Shown piece after piece: positions 48,856 to 64,000 of a stretch of 64,000 bases of DNA (positions within the stretch are counted from its first letter, which is position 1; every line of letters starts with the position of its first letter). Origin of the DNA: Amoebidium appalachense (Eukaryota > Protista > Ichthyosporea); assembly GCA_963693365.1 (NCBI GenBank), contig CAVNZM010000013.1, forward strand, positions 7,425,482-7,489,481, written 5' to 3'. The notes beneath the pieces are model-generated. The model saw only the letters and a list, made by a program, of their open reading frames with translations, did no database searches and was not told where the DNA came from. Made by a program: the position numbers and the translations under genes.

Positions 48856-49530
48856 TGGTTGTTCTTCTTTTCTTCTTTTTTCTTTTTGTTTTCTTTTTTC
48901 TTTTTTCTTTCTCCCCCCCCCCCCCCCCCCCCCCCCCCCTCCCCCGCTTGTTGAAGAGTGTGGATTGACGTAGTGCCGGCTGAACGATTCTGTTTATTGT
49001 TTTCGCTATTTTTGCGGCAACATTTTTTTCCCAGTGCACTTTGCAAGTTAGTGGGTTAGAAGAAAAAGGAGGAACCACGATCAAGAAGTAGGTGTATCTG
49101 AGTGTTTAGTGTGGTAACAGGTTGCACTACGTATGGTGAGGCCCACATATCCACGTATACCGGTGTAACCACACAGGGAGGTGTTAGGCTACGCAATTAC
49201 ACATACACAATTCACGTTCACGTCTTTCAACCCTTCATGTACACAAGCTCATGCATAGGCACACATGCCCACACAGGCATACACACACACAAACACTCAG
49301 AGAGAGAGAGGGGGGGGGGGGGGAGAGAGAAAGAGAGGGAGGGAGAAAGAGAGGGAGGGAGGGAGGGAGGGAACGAGGAAGGGAGGGAGGGAGGGAGGGA
49401 GAGGGAGAGGCGGAGAGAGGCCCCCTTCACTCTAACTCTTCCTCTACCTCCCTCCCTCCCCCTGCTCCAATCCCCTCCCTCTAGATCTCTTCCTCCCGTC
49501 TCTCTCCCTCCCTTCCTCCCTCTTCCTTCT

Positions 49531-49564
<34 letters not shown>

Positions 49565-49901
49565 TTGTAACAGTTACACACACATAGCACACGGGCACAT
49601 TTTTCGAGCTATTAGTCGACGTCACTAGCATGTACCTGGTGCAAGAGCGTATTTTATTGTAGCTTTAATGAAATGAATAAAATGTTGGTTTTTTTCTAAT
49701 TATAGTTGAGCTTAAGCTGGTGCTTGCTTGGCACGAGGATCATTTGAAGAGCGTTGACCCATGGAGCGTTCATGAAAAAAATGATAAAAAGCGTAAATAT
49801 TAATGAAAATTAGAAAATTGTAAAGCATGTGTCATGGTACCGTACTTGTTCCGAATGGGCCGGTTTGCCAAGGTGTATACATGTACATGTATGTGTGTGT
49901 G

Positions 49902-49974
<73 letters not shown>

Positions 49975-50617
49975 ACATGTGTGTGTGTGTACATTTTTTG
50001 TGTGTTTGTGTGTCGTGCCACGGTGCGTGTATGCCATCGAGCTTACGTGTGGGTATGGTTGGGTGGGTGTGACTGTCTGGTTGTGTGGGTGTGACTGTGT
50101 TGGGTGGAGGAGAGGTGGGGAGGGGATGGGGGTGGGAGGGGGGAGGGAGGGGGAGCTGGGACTGAATTTCTCGAGTACTTCGTGCCGCAAGCTCAGCAAA
50201 TGCACGTTTCCGCAAAGATTTGGATCTACAGTGCTGTGTCGTCGACAATGTGAGAACTAATTTTGTTATGAGAGCAGCTCGTTCATTACTGTACTGAATA
50301 CTTTCAATTCTGGCTAAGAGGTCAAAACATCGCAGGTGGCCATGCATATATATACGTTGGGTTGTGGAGGGATGGCATGTTAGGCCCGGGTGTCACTGGA
50401 CCGTCCGTGACAACTCCTTTTGCAGGTTGCTTGCCTGCGCTCATGAAAGCAAAGGCTGCCAGGAACTCCGTGTTGTGTGTGTGTGTGTGTGTATGTGTGT
50501 GTGTGTGTGTGTGTGTGTATGACATGTGTGTGTGTGTCACGGTGTGTGTGTACACGTGTGTGTGTGTGCTGTGTGTGTGTTTGCGCGCGCGGACACGTGG
50601 CCATGTGTACATGTGAT

Positions 50618-50757
<140 letters not shown>

Positions 50758-53002
50758 CATGCGTGTGTGTCACGGTGTCACGGTGTGTGTGTACATGTAC
50801 ACGTGTGTGTGTGCTGTGTGTGCGAAAAAATACTTTGTGAAATCAGAGTATTCAATAATTGGCCTTGTCAGAATAAATAATGTGTGTAATGATATCTCAC
50901 TCACTCCTTAGTTCTATTTTAGGTGTTTTTGGTCTTTGTTAGAGAGATCTGTGTAAATACGCGTGTTTCTTAGTCACTTGGCTATCCGATCAGATTGCGT
51001 CCAGCTATCGGCCGGGCTCCGACGTTGTTAGCTCTGATTGGCTAGCTACGCACCACCTAGATCCCGGGCTAGATCTGTTTAGATTCTGGTGAAGTTCCCG
51101 AGAGCACCAGGACCACAAAAGAGAGCACACGTGTACTTGCCTTCGTATATAATCAGCTACTGTCTGGGCAGTAGCTCTGGGCTCGACAGTCATTAAATAC
51201 GAGTGTGCCGCCATTTGTAGGTCACCCCCGACACTTGTGATGGTCAGTGTGTGTGTGCCGTCACACACACACGCAGCATTCAGCACCTTTGTGGATAAGC
51301 TTAAGCTTGATCACCTTATTATAACTACGGTTGGTGGTAGGTTGCAGTCACTAGCTGTCGTGCTTGTGTATTGCTGCAGACACGAACAGCGCGGGATAAT
51401 AAGGGTTTGAGTGACGACTCAATAGTGTGAAGACTTTATTATTAAATAGTCTGGGTGCCAACCCCATATGCATGTGCCTTAGTTTAGTGACACGATAGAT
51501 AGAGGATAGCTAGCTTACGGTGCCGCCCTTCTAGCTAATAAGTGGCCCGAGTGCCGTCTCCAGAGATAGTATAGTGTGAAGCGTTTTCTGACAGGCCTGA
51601 GGTGTGGCAACTTTCAAGGATTCCAGCTGCACATCACTGACACAAGTTGCTGCATGAGCGTCACTGGCACATGCACCGGTAACCGATATCATGACTCGTG
51701 ACCGTGCACCTGTGTACAGTACACAAGCAGAGTGCAAGTCTGAAAAATTCCGTCCCGGGATTACTAAACGGAAGTAGATAAATTTTATTGGAAAGAACGC
51801 GCCCCCATGCAGACTGGCCCGGCGCAGTCATGAATTGGGCCAATTTAACGGTTCGTGTTTTGAAAGGCAGGTGCTGGTTATTCAATGTGGATACCAAACC
51901 TTCTTTGTTGTTGTTATTTTTTTAGCTTTTGGAAATGCTTTCCGGCCCTCTGAATTTTCCTTCGTAGAATTTACCACCACTCCTCCTGCCCGACTCCTGC
52001 CGTACGCACACCTGATAACAAGGAATGTAAAATCTAAATATTATTTTGATTGGATTACAGTAATATTTACAAATTGAATCAAGCAACAAATACATACCAC
52101 CATACCAGAGTTAGAATTCCTACCAATCACTGTTAGATCAACTCATGTACCAACGTAGGATCTCCCTACACCTTGTGACACATATTACACTTGAGCGTGG
52201 GCCCTGAAAGTAAACCCCCAAAAGACTCTTACTTCTTTTTTTTTTTTTTTCGACTTGTGTTTTTCCGAGTGTCGAGACTCTTAGTATAACCTCCTATATA
52301 TTAAACAGCTTCATCCAGCTATTAGACTAAATACAAAACAAAAAGTATTAGTTGATTTTATTTTATTGACCATCAAGATAAATTTGTGTAGCATTTACCC
52401 CTATTTTTCCTCGCACAAGTGGCTGTGTAGTGTGTTACTGTAGGTTACGGAAATTGGCTGATGATAAATAGATCCCCCTGTAAAAATTATGTCTGTTGAG
52501 GGGCAACTTCCTGGCGCGGAAGAATGGAAACAAAACGCTTCACCATCTGACCATCAACTGAGCGCTTTGAAACACACGCCCAGCCTACGGTTTCTGTTTA
52601 GTTTGCAGCGTTTTGCTTCATAGCTTCACACGCTTTATAAGCTCCTGTACATTACATAGGTGCATCTCTGTGCTTGCTTATAGTCCGACTACTTAGTGCT
52701 ATCATTCATTTTTCCTTCTTGAACATCCACTACACGAAGGATCAGATCTGCGAGGGAAAAACGGAGCAAGGGACTACGTGCATCTCGCCAACTATCCGTC
52801 CCATCTTCACAGGTCGTGGTGTTACGATGCTGGCAGCATTTTAATTGAGTATTCAGTTTCTGTTTTTTTTTTCAGAACACAAATCCCACCGTCTTACTAG
52901 GGGGTGTTGTGCCTTGCACACACAGGCACACACACGTCCATACCCCCCCCACACACATACTCACGTAGACGCACACACACACGTGTGCTTTAGACACCTA
53001 CG

Positions 53003-53344
53003 ATGGCCAAACTTTCATTATTAGCGTGTGTTGCCCTAGCGGGAACTCAAATATCTGAAGCCGGGCCGTTGAAAAGGAAAAGGGAGACGATCATTGACGT
53101 CTTGCACAAACACGAACACTTATATGAGCACAACTGCATGCACGAAGAAATCTCAGAGCGAATTCAGCCCGTAAGCATTAACTACGCCCAAGGTGAGTTT
53201 TGTTTCGTAAATATGTTCGTAGTATGCACTCTGTGTTGTCGTCCGTATTCATGGATCTCATGTTCTTGAGTCCGTAGACATGGTAGGTGAACGTGTCTGT
53301 GTGGAACAACTTGGTTGCCCTTACCCATACCCATCGTTTTGGTG

Positions 53345-53397
<53 letters not shown>

Positions 53398-53525
53398 GCA
53401 GGTGTGTGCATGCTTGTCTCCTATCCATACGTTTTTTGTGTATGTGCGTTTTTGTGTGGATGTGTAATGCCGAAGTGCATCGGAATGTTGGAATGGGCGG
53501 AACTCCATAGATTTGTTTTTAGCGG

Positions 53526-53561
<36 letters not shown>

Positions 53562-55357
53562 GTGTGCGTGTGTGTGCGTGCGTGTGTGTGTCTGCGTGTA
53601 TGTGTGTGTGCACGTGTGTCTATCTCCAGGTATATGTATGTGCATGCCTGTATGGTAAGATTTAAGTGCTGGATTGTATGCATCGGTACTCGCATGCCAG
53701 CATTCTACACACACAGCTGTGTGCTTTGCGACACATTCACACCCTCGCGCGCGCGCACACACACACGCACACCCACAAAAAGGTTCTGTGCTGTTAACAC
53801 GTATATCAACAGATACGGGTAAAAAAGTTATGCCAAATAAGCGAATCTTCCACCCATAATGCCTCTGTTCGCATAGGCAGTCCCACACATATTTGCATCC
53901 CTTTTCCCATAAATATCCACATCTTTCTTCATAGCAATATGCACTTCATCCACCACCAATATCATGTTCGTATTTTCTTTTGCACCAGTATCTCCATCAT
54001 TAACCCGCCAATATTTGTATCTATAATTGCACCAACATCCACATATCTACTTGCACGGATATCCACCTCAATTCTCATCAATATTTACATTTTATTCACA
54101 CCCATGCAAAGATATTCACATCTTTCTTCCCACCACTATCCCCACTTGTTTCACCCACCCATATTCCCAGCTTGATTATCACCATATCCACAATCATATG
54201 CACACCATTAGCCACATTTTTATTCCCATCTTTATCCAATCCCTCCAATATTCCTATCCCGATCTTTATTCACAATTGTATTCTTGCGCAGAATCTGGTT
54301 CGCACGTACACAGGCGGCAGGCCGACAGTGATTGGCTGAGCTTTGAGGAGGTGGTGCAAGACCAAGTCAACAAGGATGACGCAGAGTGGAACGAAATCAG
54401 AATCCTCCCAGACTACTCGCTGCTTGAAGACCCCAAATTTTCGTGCCAGGGGGTAAGTTTTTAGGGGGGGTTTATGTCGGATACCGGTACCCGAAATTTT
54501 CGTGTTAGGACACAACTTAGGAGTAGGTTTTTTTTCTAGTTTAGGTTCACCGCCACCCCAATTTCCGTTCCAGGGCCGCAAGTTTTTTAGCTGACGGTTG
54601 ATAAGTTGCTTCTTCTATGAGATTATTGTGATGCACATGAAAATACACAGCACTCTGAAACAAAATGAAAATGCAGAGGTTACGTGATACAAAGGCTTCA
54701 TTAGCCTGTTGAAGCATTGGCACACGGACCACTATGGTTTTTTGGTGTTGTAATTACTTTTTCTCCTGTTGTTTGTTTATTTTGTTTCCTGTGTTTGTTG
54801 ATTTGTTTTATGCAGTATTTTCCATAGCTTACACCACATCAAAACCGAACAGCACCCACTATTTCACTAACTTTCAACTATCCACAGATTGGCACGGTGT
54901 TGACGGACACAGTCGATGGGAATCGCCAGTACACATGCACCCAGGCAGATATCCTCACGCCTGAGAAAAAAGAATATCTAATTCAGAAATTGGTCCCGGC
55001 AACAATTGAATTCTACGAGCGCGTTTTGAAAGTTCGCAGATTTGGCGGATTTAAGTCTTTGGCCGCAGTCACACAGGATATGTGCGGACTGCCCGTTCCT
55101 GTATCTTTGAAGCAAGATCGCCCCGAGGTGGATCTCGTCATTGCGATTACGGCCTTCCCCACAAAGCCCGGGACATTGGCGTGGGCTTCTGCATGCTTCT
55201 TTGGTGGCCCGCACAACAGGTACACTAATCCTTACATAAATACCTGACAGTTTGTTGATGGGTGTCTCGAGGCGATAATCGACTATTGAATTTCAAAGGT
55301 ATTTATTTATTTATTTATTTATTCTTTATTTTTTTATTTTTTTGGGGGGGGGGGGGG

Positions 55358-55393
<36 letters not shown>

Positions 55394-55793
55394 GTAGGGG
55401 GAAATAATTTCTATCTTAACGATGCTGTCTAGCCCTTCTAAAAGTTTTGTTGGAAACTTATGAAAGCTAACTCAACATTTTAACAAAATTAATGCAGGCC
55501 TGTGGTTGGTCGGCTCAACGTCGGCCCGGCCAATCTTGACCCGAAAGACCTCCAAAACTTCGACAACCACGTGGCCACAGTGAGGCATGAGTTGGCTCAC
55601 GTGATGGCATTCTCGAACAGTCTCTATGACGTAGGCGGCCCCCTTCCTATTGGTAGAGAGTCATGCCTTGGAACGTGTGGGTTGTGTGTGCTTGATGCCG
55701 ATGGACAAGTGTTTGTCGCAGGGGAAGGATGTAGGGGCTCTGTAAGAACAGTTGTGTAGGTGTGACAGGACTGTCTCTGTGTGGGGTGTTTAC

Positions 55794-55831
<38 letters not shown>

Positions 55832-56183
55832 GCCGCCCTTCACTTTTCACCTCTCCTCATGATATAAGACCACAACTCCCCTTGAATTTTTCACTCCAAC
55901 ACCAACAAACAAAAAATAAAAACAAAAAGGGCAAAACCATGATCACAACAACAGCAATAACAACAACAACACTAACAACAACGTCGACAATAACAGAAAT
56001 TCGTGGACAATTCCGGAAAGCCGCTCCCCCTTACCTCGGTTATCAAGACGGACACAGCCACTGGTGTCAGCAAGATAGTGACCCCCAAGGTGATCCAGGC
56101 CATGACCCAGCAGTACGACTGCCAACAGATCGATGGCGCCCCATTGGAGGATTTCGGCGGTGCAAGAAGTGTACGTGGACCCC

Positions 56184-56214
<31 letters not shown>

Positions 56215-56430
56215 AAAAAGATATCACCTACCCCACCCACCACCATCACCACCACCACGACCACCACGACCACCACTCCCCTGTCCCCCCGAAGGTTGGG
56301 CCCCTACTTGTGTTCCCATGGCTAGACATTTTTTCGCGCAATTTTACTTATCTGAAGCCTCTTTTGCATTGGTGTTCCTTACGTCATAGCACAGCCCAAA
56401 CACACACGCTCGCATACATACAACACGTAA

Positions 56431-56464
<34 letters not shown>

Positions 56465-57821
56465 CCCACCCCTCTCTCTCATACACACGCACAATAAATA
56501 ACACCACCATGCATACAACAGGCGGGGTCTCATTGGGAAAAGCGTCTTTTCCGGGACGAATTCATGTGCGCAACTTCGACCGTGCTGGACCCCATCTACT
56601 CTGGGGTGACTCTTGCGCTCTTTGAGGATTCTGGTTGGTACCAGGCCGACTACGGCCAGGCAGACGTTCTGCCATGGGGTCACAAGAAGGGGTGCAGCTT
56701 CGTAAACGGGGATTGCGGAAAGGATACCTCCGGGTTTTTCTGCTCTAAGGTAGGCCTGGCCTACTGTTAATTCAGTGTTTCAGTTGCATTTTTTGGTGTT
56801 TTACCACTCTCCGGTACGCCAATCAATATTGACTACCAAACACATTTCTGCTTAGCTCTATAGTGGTGGATGTGATAGTGTCTTTACTTCTGTGTTTGTC
56901 AGGTTTTCAAATGCTCCCATCCCCCCCCCCCCCCCTCCGCCCCACTCTCCCTGTCTCTCTCCCCCGCCCCCCCTTCTCCTCCTCCTCCCCTTCCAGCGGC
57001 AGCTCTCCAACCACCATCACTCTTCCACCTTCAAACACTTATCCCCTATTAACACAAATAACAATCCACTGCACATGGCTTCCAAACGCACGATATACAT
57101 GTTACACATACACACACACATACAATCACAAGCACATAGTATGCATGTGCTCCCGCACACACAAACACAACACACACATACATACCCATACGCACGCACA
57201 TATACACACGCACACACACACACACGCACACACACACACACACATGTACACAGCCGGACGAAGCAGGGTGCACGTACGATGGCATCCACAAGTCCTTCTG
57301 TGATCTCTCCCAGCAGGCCACCGATCTTCCCAAACAATACCAACACTTTAGCGACCCAAAGATGGGCGGAAAGGACGCATTTATGGATTACTGCCCCATT
57401 ATGCAGGTGTGTGCACGTGTATTTCTGTGCGTGTGCGCGCACAAGTGTGTGCTTGTGCGTGTGCTTGTGTGTGTGCTTGCGCGTGTCTGTGTGTGTAGTG
57501 GGTCTAGGCGTAAGGTATGTAGGTATGTGTGGGAGCGTATGTGTGATTGCATGTGCAGTCGAAGTGTGCATGTAATCACGTGTGCATACGTATGTTGTAC
57601 TTGTAGGTACTAGCAGGTACATGCTCGAACATAAGATGAAGACTGTATAAAAAAGGTTCGTTTTGGAGCATGAAGAGGGGAAGGCGGCAAGGAGGGGATG
57701 TGGGGAAAAGGGAAGATGGAGAGAGGGGGGGAGGGGAGGCTTGAGGTGTGCTATTCATTGGGTGCACTTACTGACCTCGGTTTGTCTCCCCCCTCCCCCC
57801 CCCACCCTTGTTCATAGCATG

Positions 57822-57891
<70 letters not shown>

Positions 57892-60161
57892 CGTTTGGCA
57901 ATGGTGACTGCCGTGACCCCTCCGAGGCCAAACCTATCTCAGCCACCCTTGGGGAGGTCTACTCGGTTGAGTCACGCTGCTTTGTGTCCAATCTCATCAG
58001 CAACGTTTATGACTCACCGTCAAACACAAGGTGTGTGTGTGTGTGTGTGTTTGTGTGTGTGTGCGGGGGTGCGTGTGTGTATGTGCCTCACCTCCCTCCC
58101 TCCCTCCGTATGTGTGTATGTTTGAACATGTGTATGTTTTAAGATTGTTGCTGTTTTTGGTGCTCGTGTGTGCAACAAGCACATGCTTGCACATATGGGG
58201 GCTGTGTTCACGTGGGGATGTACGTGTGTGTGTGCGTGTAGAGGCGTATGTCTGTATAGATGTGTGTCTGTGTACGTTCATTGTTGCGTACGTGTGTATG
58301 TGTGTATGTACGTGTGTGTGTGTGTATGTCCGTGTGTGTATGTGTACGCGTGTGACCAAAATACTCGTGCAACATTCTCCATCCACCTGAAATCCAAACA
58401 CCCCCCATATATCCCCATTCATAACCAAATCCCGTGTTTCCCCCCTGTAGGTGCTTCAAGCACAAGTGCATGGTGGACCAGACCGACAGCAAATTCAAGC
58501 TGTATATCCAACCCAACGGCTATCCCGACTGGGTGAAGTGTCCCCCTGAGGGCGGTCAGATTACCTTCCCCAAGTACAAGGTTTGTCCCTCCTTCTCCCC
58601 CCCCCCCCCCCCCCCCCCCAATAGGGGCAAAAAGAAACGAGGAAAAAAAGAGAGAATGGAGGCGGGGGAAAGGGGGGGGGGGGGGGGGGGGGGGGGGGGG
58701 AACGGGAATGGAAATCCTGCGATGAAAACCCGGGGTTGGAGGAGGTGTGTGGTGGTGTGTGTGTTTTGAGAGGGGGGGGGGGGGGGGGGGGGAGGGAGGA
58801 TGGGTAGGGTGAGGGACACCAGAAGTTTCACCCACCAGATGTGTCCGGTAAGAAGAAAAGACTTGCACTGGAACGGATAGACAGAGATACGCAGATCATG
58901 TCTGTGGCTGTGCATGTGGTACCGACTCGCATGCACAATTTTTACACACACACACATAGTAAACCCGTCCCCTCCCCTGCTCCCCCCCCTCTAACACACA
59001 TACGCACGCACACACACACACACCCACCCACCCACCCACACACACACACACACACACATAAACACACCGCTCTGTTCGAAAGGATTGGGTCTAATAAGAA
59101 CCCCGCTTGCATATTTTTTACTGACCCACTCCAAATTTCAGTTCGGGGAGGACGAATTTGAGGGGAGTGTCACATGTCCCCCAGCCACGTCCATGTGCGA
59201 AAAGCAAAGTACGATCCTTCCCCCCTCCCCCCCCCCCCCCCGAAACTCGGGTACTGTGGATGACGTGGGCCCCCCCTGAGGATGGGCTCTGCTTATTATG
59301 CATACTCTTTATGTATGGCTTGCATTCTGCATCGTGTTATCCGTTTGTTCTTGTGTACTTCGTACTTTTTGACGCATTCAAAACCCCCCCCCCCCCCCCC
59401 CTCCCTTCCCCCCCCCCCCCCGTCTCCGAATGAACTTTTGTTCAGTCTCTTGCCTTCCTCTTCCCCCAAACCCCCTGGTCACCGTTTCCCCTTCTTCGAT
59501 CTGTCCATCAATTTTCTGGGGTGCTTTGCTGCAAGTTGATTTGTTTTCGGCTGTTTCTCTTCTTTTTGGGCCTTGATTCCCATTTGCACAGCCTAGATGA
59601 TCTTTGGTAATAACTAAACCATCGATAAAAATTTAAAGTTCATATTGGATTGGGCGCAGATCACATGCCTATCTCGGAGGGCACGTGGAAGACGCTCTGG
59701 GGAGAGAACTACAGCACCCTCTTCACCATCCAAAAGTCGTACGACCTCTACTCACAGGTAACCAACACCCCCTCTTCCCCCCCCCCCCCCCCCCCCCTCC
59801 CCCCTCCCCCCACCAGTGTGAATGAGGACCGTTTTTTTGGAACTTTTCATAGTTCTATTGTTTGCGTGCAATTTTGGTTTGAGGGTTGTTTTTTCCCCCG
59901 GGACTGCTCCCTCTGGGTTTAGGGGTTTAGGGGAAAACACGTCCGGTTATGAGACTGTCAATCACACACATTGAGAGAAGAAAATTTTGGGAGGATTTTC
60001 TTTTTAACATTAAATTTATAATTTAACAGGACGGCATGCCCGGGTATGAAACGGTGGACCACACACAGTTCCTGAACAATGCAGTGAATAGGGGATGGCC
60101 CTCCCAGCGCAAGTTGCGCCTGAGATACATCACAGACGTCAAAGTGAAGAGTACGCATACC

Positions 60162-60201
<40 letters not shown>

Positions 60202-60494
60202 TTTTTTGCTTCTTGTCTGTAGTGTTTGTGTCTGGTTTTATGGGTTTTTTTATTATTATTTCGTTTGCTTCCATGTTTGCGCTATCCTTTTTTGCATATT
60301 CATCCCCCCCCCCCCCCCCCCACACACACACACAAAAAAAAAAAAAAGAAAGAAAAAAAAAAAAGAAAAAAAAAACCCTCCCTCCCCTCTTACCTCGGAT
60401 TCTCCATCCCTCCATTTGGTTTTTGTGCCTTTCTGATGATAGCCAGCTCTTTGTTTTTGCACGTTCTTTTACTTTTTCCTCCCTTTTTTTTTTT

Positions 60495-60561
<67 letters not shown>

Positions 60562-60941
60562 ATATGTGGTGTTGTTGTTGATGGGTGTGCATGTGTGGGT
60601 GTGTTTTTTTATGTGTCTCTCTGAAGATTGGAGCGGGGGGGCACAAAAGGCCATTCCTGCCATGATGTTGCGAGCTCAAGAAGGAGGAATCTAATTAAAG
60701 AGACTTTCAGTTTACATGGTATCCTTGTTATTATGATTTCTTATGTCTGGTTGGATATATTCGTTGAAAATTGACCGATGTATTCTTATATCTGGTTGGA
60801 TACATTCGGTGAAATTTGACTGATGTCCCCCCCCTACCTGCAGCTGTCCTCAGCACTGGCGAGCCGCTCACTGGGGAGATTATTGAGGCGGGAAAAAAGA
60901 TTCTATGGGCAAACGGCGTGGTTTGGTCTAAGGAATATTGA
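53003..60941 (+). CDS. Leishmanolysin-like zinc metallopeptidase (M8, GP63/invadolysin family), secreted
   Basis: 13 exons: 53003-53192, 54292-54452, 54888-55219, 55498-55630, 55997-56170, 56522-56749, 57254-57406, 57891-58030, 58451-58580, 59142-59208, 59660-59757, 60030-60150, 60844-60941. Signal peptide, pro-region [35 protein letters not shown]. Confidence 0.93.
59241..59384 (+). mobile_element. Poly(C)-tailed retroposon, 5'-truncated copy in a leishmanolysin intron
   Basis: Reverse complement of the 31.3 and 33.6 kb copies; C tracts on both sides. Confidence 0.85.
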
Positions 60942-62085
60942 CCACAACCAACAATAATGATTAGTTAATTACGGTAATTAATTAAGCAAATGACACTGAT
61001 TGGCCATCGGAACGGAGGGATGGGCAGCGGTATTTTGACTTTGGATGTGGGTGATAAAAAGGTTTGATTTGTGCTTTCTGTTATCTGACTGCAATCATTT
61101 AGTCTTTGTAGTGTAGTGTATCTTGTGCTGCGGCAGATATGTCCCGTTTATTCGCTAGATAAGGGGAAATAGTTATCGCATGTTAGTATGGGTACTGTGG
61201 CCGGTGTGTTGGATTTTGTTTTGTTTTGTATGATAGTCTAAAAGGGGATCTGTACAAGCATAGTTATTCCTAATTGTGGGCTTAATTAAAAGTTTCACCA
61301 AGTTGAATAGAACAAATGATGGTATAAAAAAAATGATCAAGACTTACTAAATAGATTGAATAATGGTTGTTTTCTCTCTCCTATGTGCCAATATGTTAGT
61401 TCTAGTATTCTCCTGATTTCCCAGTAACAACCGTGGTTGTAGCAAGCTAGAAGATTGCCGAAAATAGCACACCTTGCACGAGGAAGACTAAACACGGTAG
61501 TGCAAGTCTATCAAAATACTGATGTATCTAAAATTTGTTTTAATTATTTATTATGATATGTACTATGAACTAGCTATAGCAGTCCGGGTCTCCTCATTGT
61601 CTCTTGACAATGTGCTCAGGCCCACAGCGCCCTCTTCAGTTCTATCTAACGTATATCTCGTCACCGGCAGACACAGCCAATAACCAGCCAGGAAAGGGGC
61701 ACCCTGGCATGGGTGTCACTGTACAGTAATAAATTCGGTTTTATCAACATTAATCATGCTGCATGCTGTCTCCACTTGTTAGACAGCCCTGGTTGAAGAT
61801 GTGCAATTGCTCTGCCACGTTCGACTGACAGTGTGGCCTCAGCCGCCGCATGACCAAGTCTATTTCTCAAGGGTATGAGTTGTTGCGTGATCAGTCGCTT
61901 CGGAAGGAGAGTTTTGTCAGCCTTGAAAAATAAGAGCTACCTCCAAAGGTAACAGGGAATTGCTAAGTCCATCCCAACTCACGGCATTGTGATGGGATAC
62001 TAAAAATTCGATTTTTAGATAAGACACCGTCATGAGCTATACACTTGTAGGGACGAAGTGGTGATCTGCATACTTGCATCTGCTG

Positions 62086-62121
<36 letters not shown>

Positions 62122-62461
62122 GGGAATACCAACACACGTGACACACTTGCCGTGTGTGCATATGCGCATACGAACATACACGCACGCACGCACACACACA
62201 CACCGGTACGGTGTATATATACACACACATCATATGTACACACACACACACACACACGTACACACACACGTACACGTACACATACACATACATACTGTAC
62301 ATACATACTAACACGCACACCAGTGTATTACAGAGGGTGACTAAAATCAAGATAATTATGAAATTAAGATAAATAGTGCTATTTTTTTTTCCTCAAAAAT
62401 TAAGATACTAGGGTCTACCAAGCCTGGTGGATATTTAAGATCATCCCCGGGGGGGCCCGCC

Positions 62462-62632
<171 letters not shown>

Positions 62633-62794
62633 GGAGGGGGTGAATGTTGCAGAGAACAAGGGGCGAGTTATTAGCGACAATGTTTTAAAGTTTGTGGACT
62701 AGTGAGAAGGATACGCATTGCTAACGCCACTATACTGCTCTCACCGTCCTGGTTCAAGTCGTCTTCACCTCTGAGTGTTCCAATGTGGGGGGTA

Positions 62795-62842
<48 letters not shown>

Positions 62843-62978
62843 GCCCTGAGGGCCCGGGACTCGAGGGGAAACAAAAAAAAAAAAAAAAAAAAAAAGGGAG
62901 CCCCCCCTCACAGTGTGCTTCCGCGGCATATGGCAACGGTTAATACCACCACCACCAACACCACCACCATCATGACAC

Positions 62979-63021
<43 letters not shown>

Positions 63022-63322
63022 ACACACACACACACGTACATGTACACACACACACACTCACATGTACACACACACACACACACATGTACACACACACACA
63101 CACACAGACACACATGTACACACACACACACACACATGTACACACACACACACACATGATATGCACACGTGCACATGCATACACAGTGTCACACATTCAT
63201 ACACGTACACAGGTACACACCGTGACACACACACACACACACACACATACACAGTGTCACACACACATACACACACAACACCCAACACCACCACCACTAC
63301 TGGGCCACCAACGCCACCACCA

Positions 63323-63356
<34 letters not shown>

Positions 63357-64000
63357 AAAGAAAAAAGAAAAAAGAAAAAAGAAGAAAAAGAAAAAAAAAG
63401 AAAAGAAAGAAAGAGAGAAAGAAAGAAAAAAGAAAGAAAGAAGAATTTAAAGGTCTGGGCCCCTGAGTCCCATGGCCATGCATAAGGAAAAACCCCCAAA
63501 GTACCTCTTTCTTTACGCAGGGGAAAAAACCCCTAGAAGTCGTAGCTACTAGATACTACAGGGGCCTGTACATTACGGCAACTGCACCTAACCCATTTAC
63601 ATGCAACCTACACAATGATTGCACTAGGGGGCACTACCGTGGCCATGCCCATGTCTGCTGGCCATGCACACCGGTTATCCTACTAATTTCTTTATATTTT
63701 ATTTTTAATTTATCTTGTTTTGTTCTCGGAGGGACCCTCAGGCTCCCTTAGAGGAACTACCGTCTTCCACCCAGCACCGATTATAATCTATAGCTAGGGT
63801 GCTATGGTGCCGGGCATCAGCTAAGCTAACACATCTATGCCAATCATAACATAACCATTCGTATACACCTAGCCCAGGGTTTTCGCCTCAGCCTCACCGG
63901 TGGGTAGCATCACTTAGCACCAGGCTTCCCATCCACTCAAAACCCACAAATAAACTTTAAACACGTGCCCCCATTGGTTCATCTACGGTGGTGGAATGTA

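Noticed and set aside
50940-51600. Possible solo LTR (unique sequence with TATA-like and poly(A)-like words)
   Set aside because: No definable TG...CA ends, TSD or second copy in the window
59241-59290. Hammerhead ribozyme (GAAA...CTGAGGA) in the retroposon, suggesting a Penelope-like element
   Set aside because: Core words are present but stems I and II could not be paired

Overview
Eukaryotic genomic DNA with GT-AG spliceosomal introns packed with (CA)n/(GT)n, (CT)n and poly-G/poly-C tracts. Almost all ORFs in the supplied track beyond 12 kb are low-complexity artefacts of these repeats. The gene set suggests a non-animal protist, possibly a unicellular holozoan; this is inference only. 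The window has two compartments. (1) Positions 1 to ~12,000 are nearly free of microsatellites. They hold four intronless ORFan genes, three with a shared TATA motif, several tandem arrays including a ~1.3-kb TTAGGG-containing array between two convergent genes, a 365-bp GC-rich palindrome and a decayed multi-C2H2 zinc-finger gene. This may be part of a large mobile or viral element, but no hallmark gene is visible. (2) Positions ~12-64 kb are ordinary intron-rich host DNA. I reconstructed six spliced genes by hand: a papain-family homologue lacking all three catalytic residues, NOP10, a DUF1757-like membrane protein, a PHO84/PHT1 phosphate transporter, a YfcD-like Nudix hydrolase with a frameshift, and a leishmanolysin (M8) protease. 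This compartment also holds a PIF/Harbinger MITE, two LINE 3' fragments, an EGF pseudo-exon, and at least 8 copies of a structured, 5'-truncated retroposon family that ends in poly(C) and sits in C/G homopolymers.
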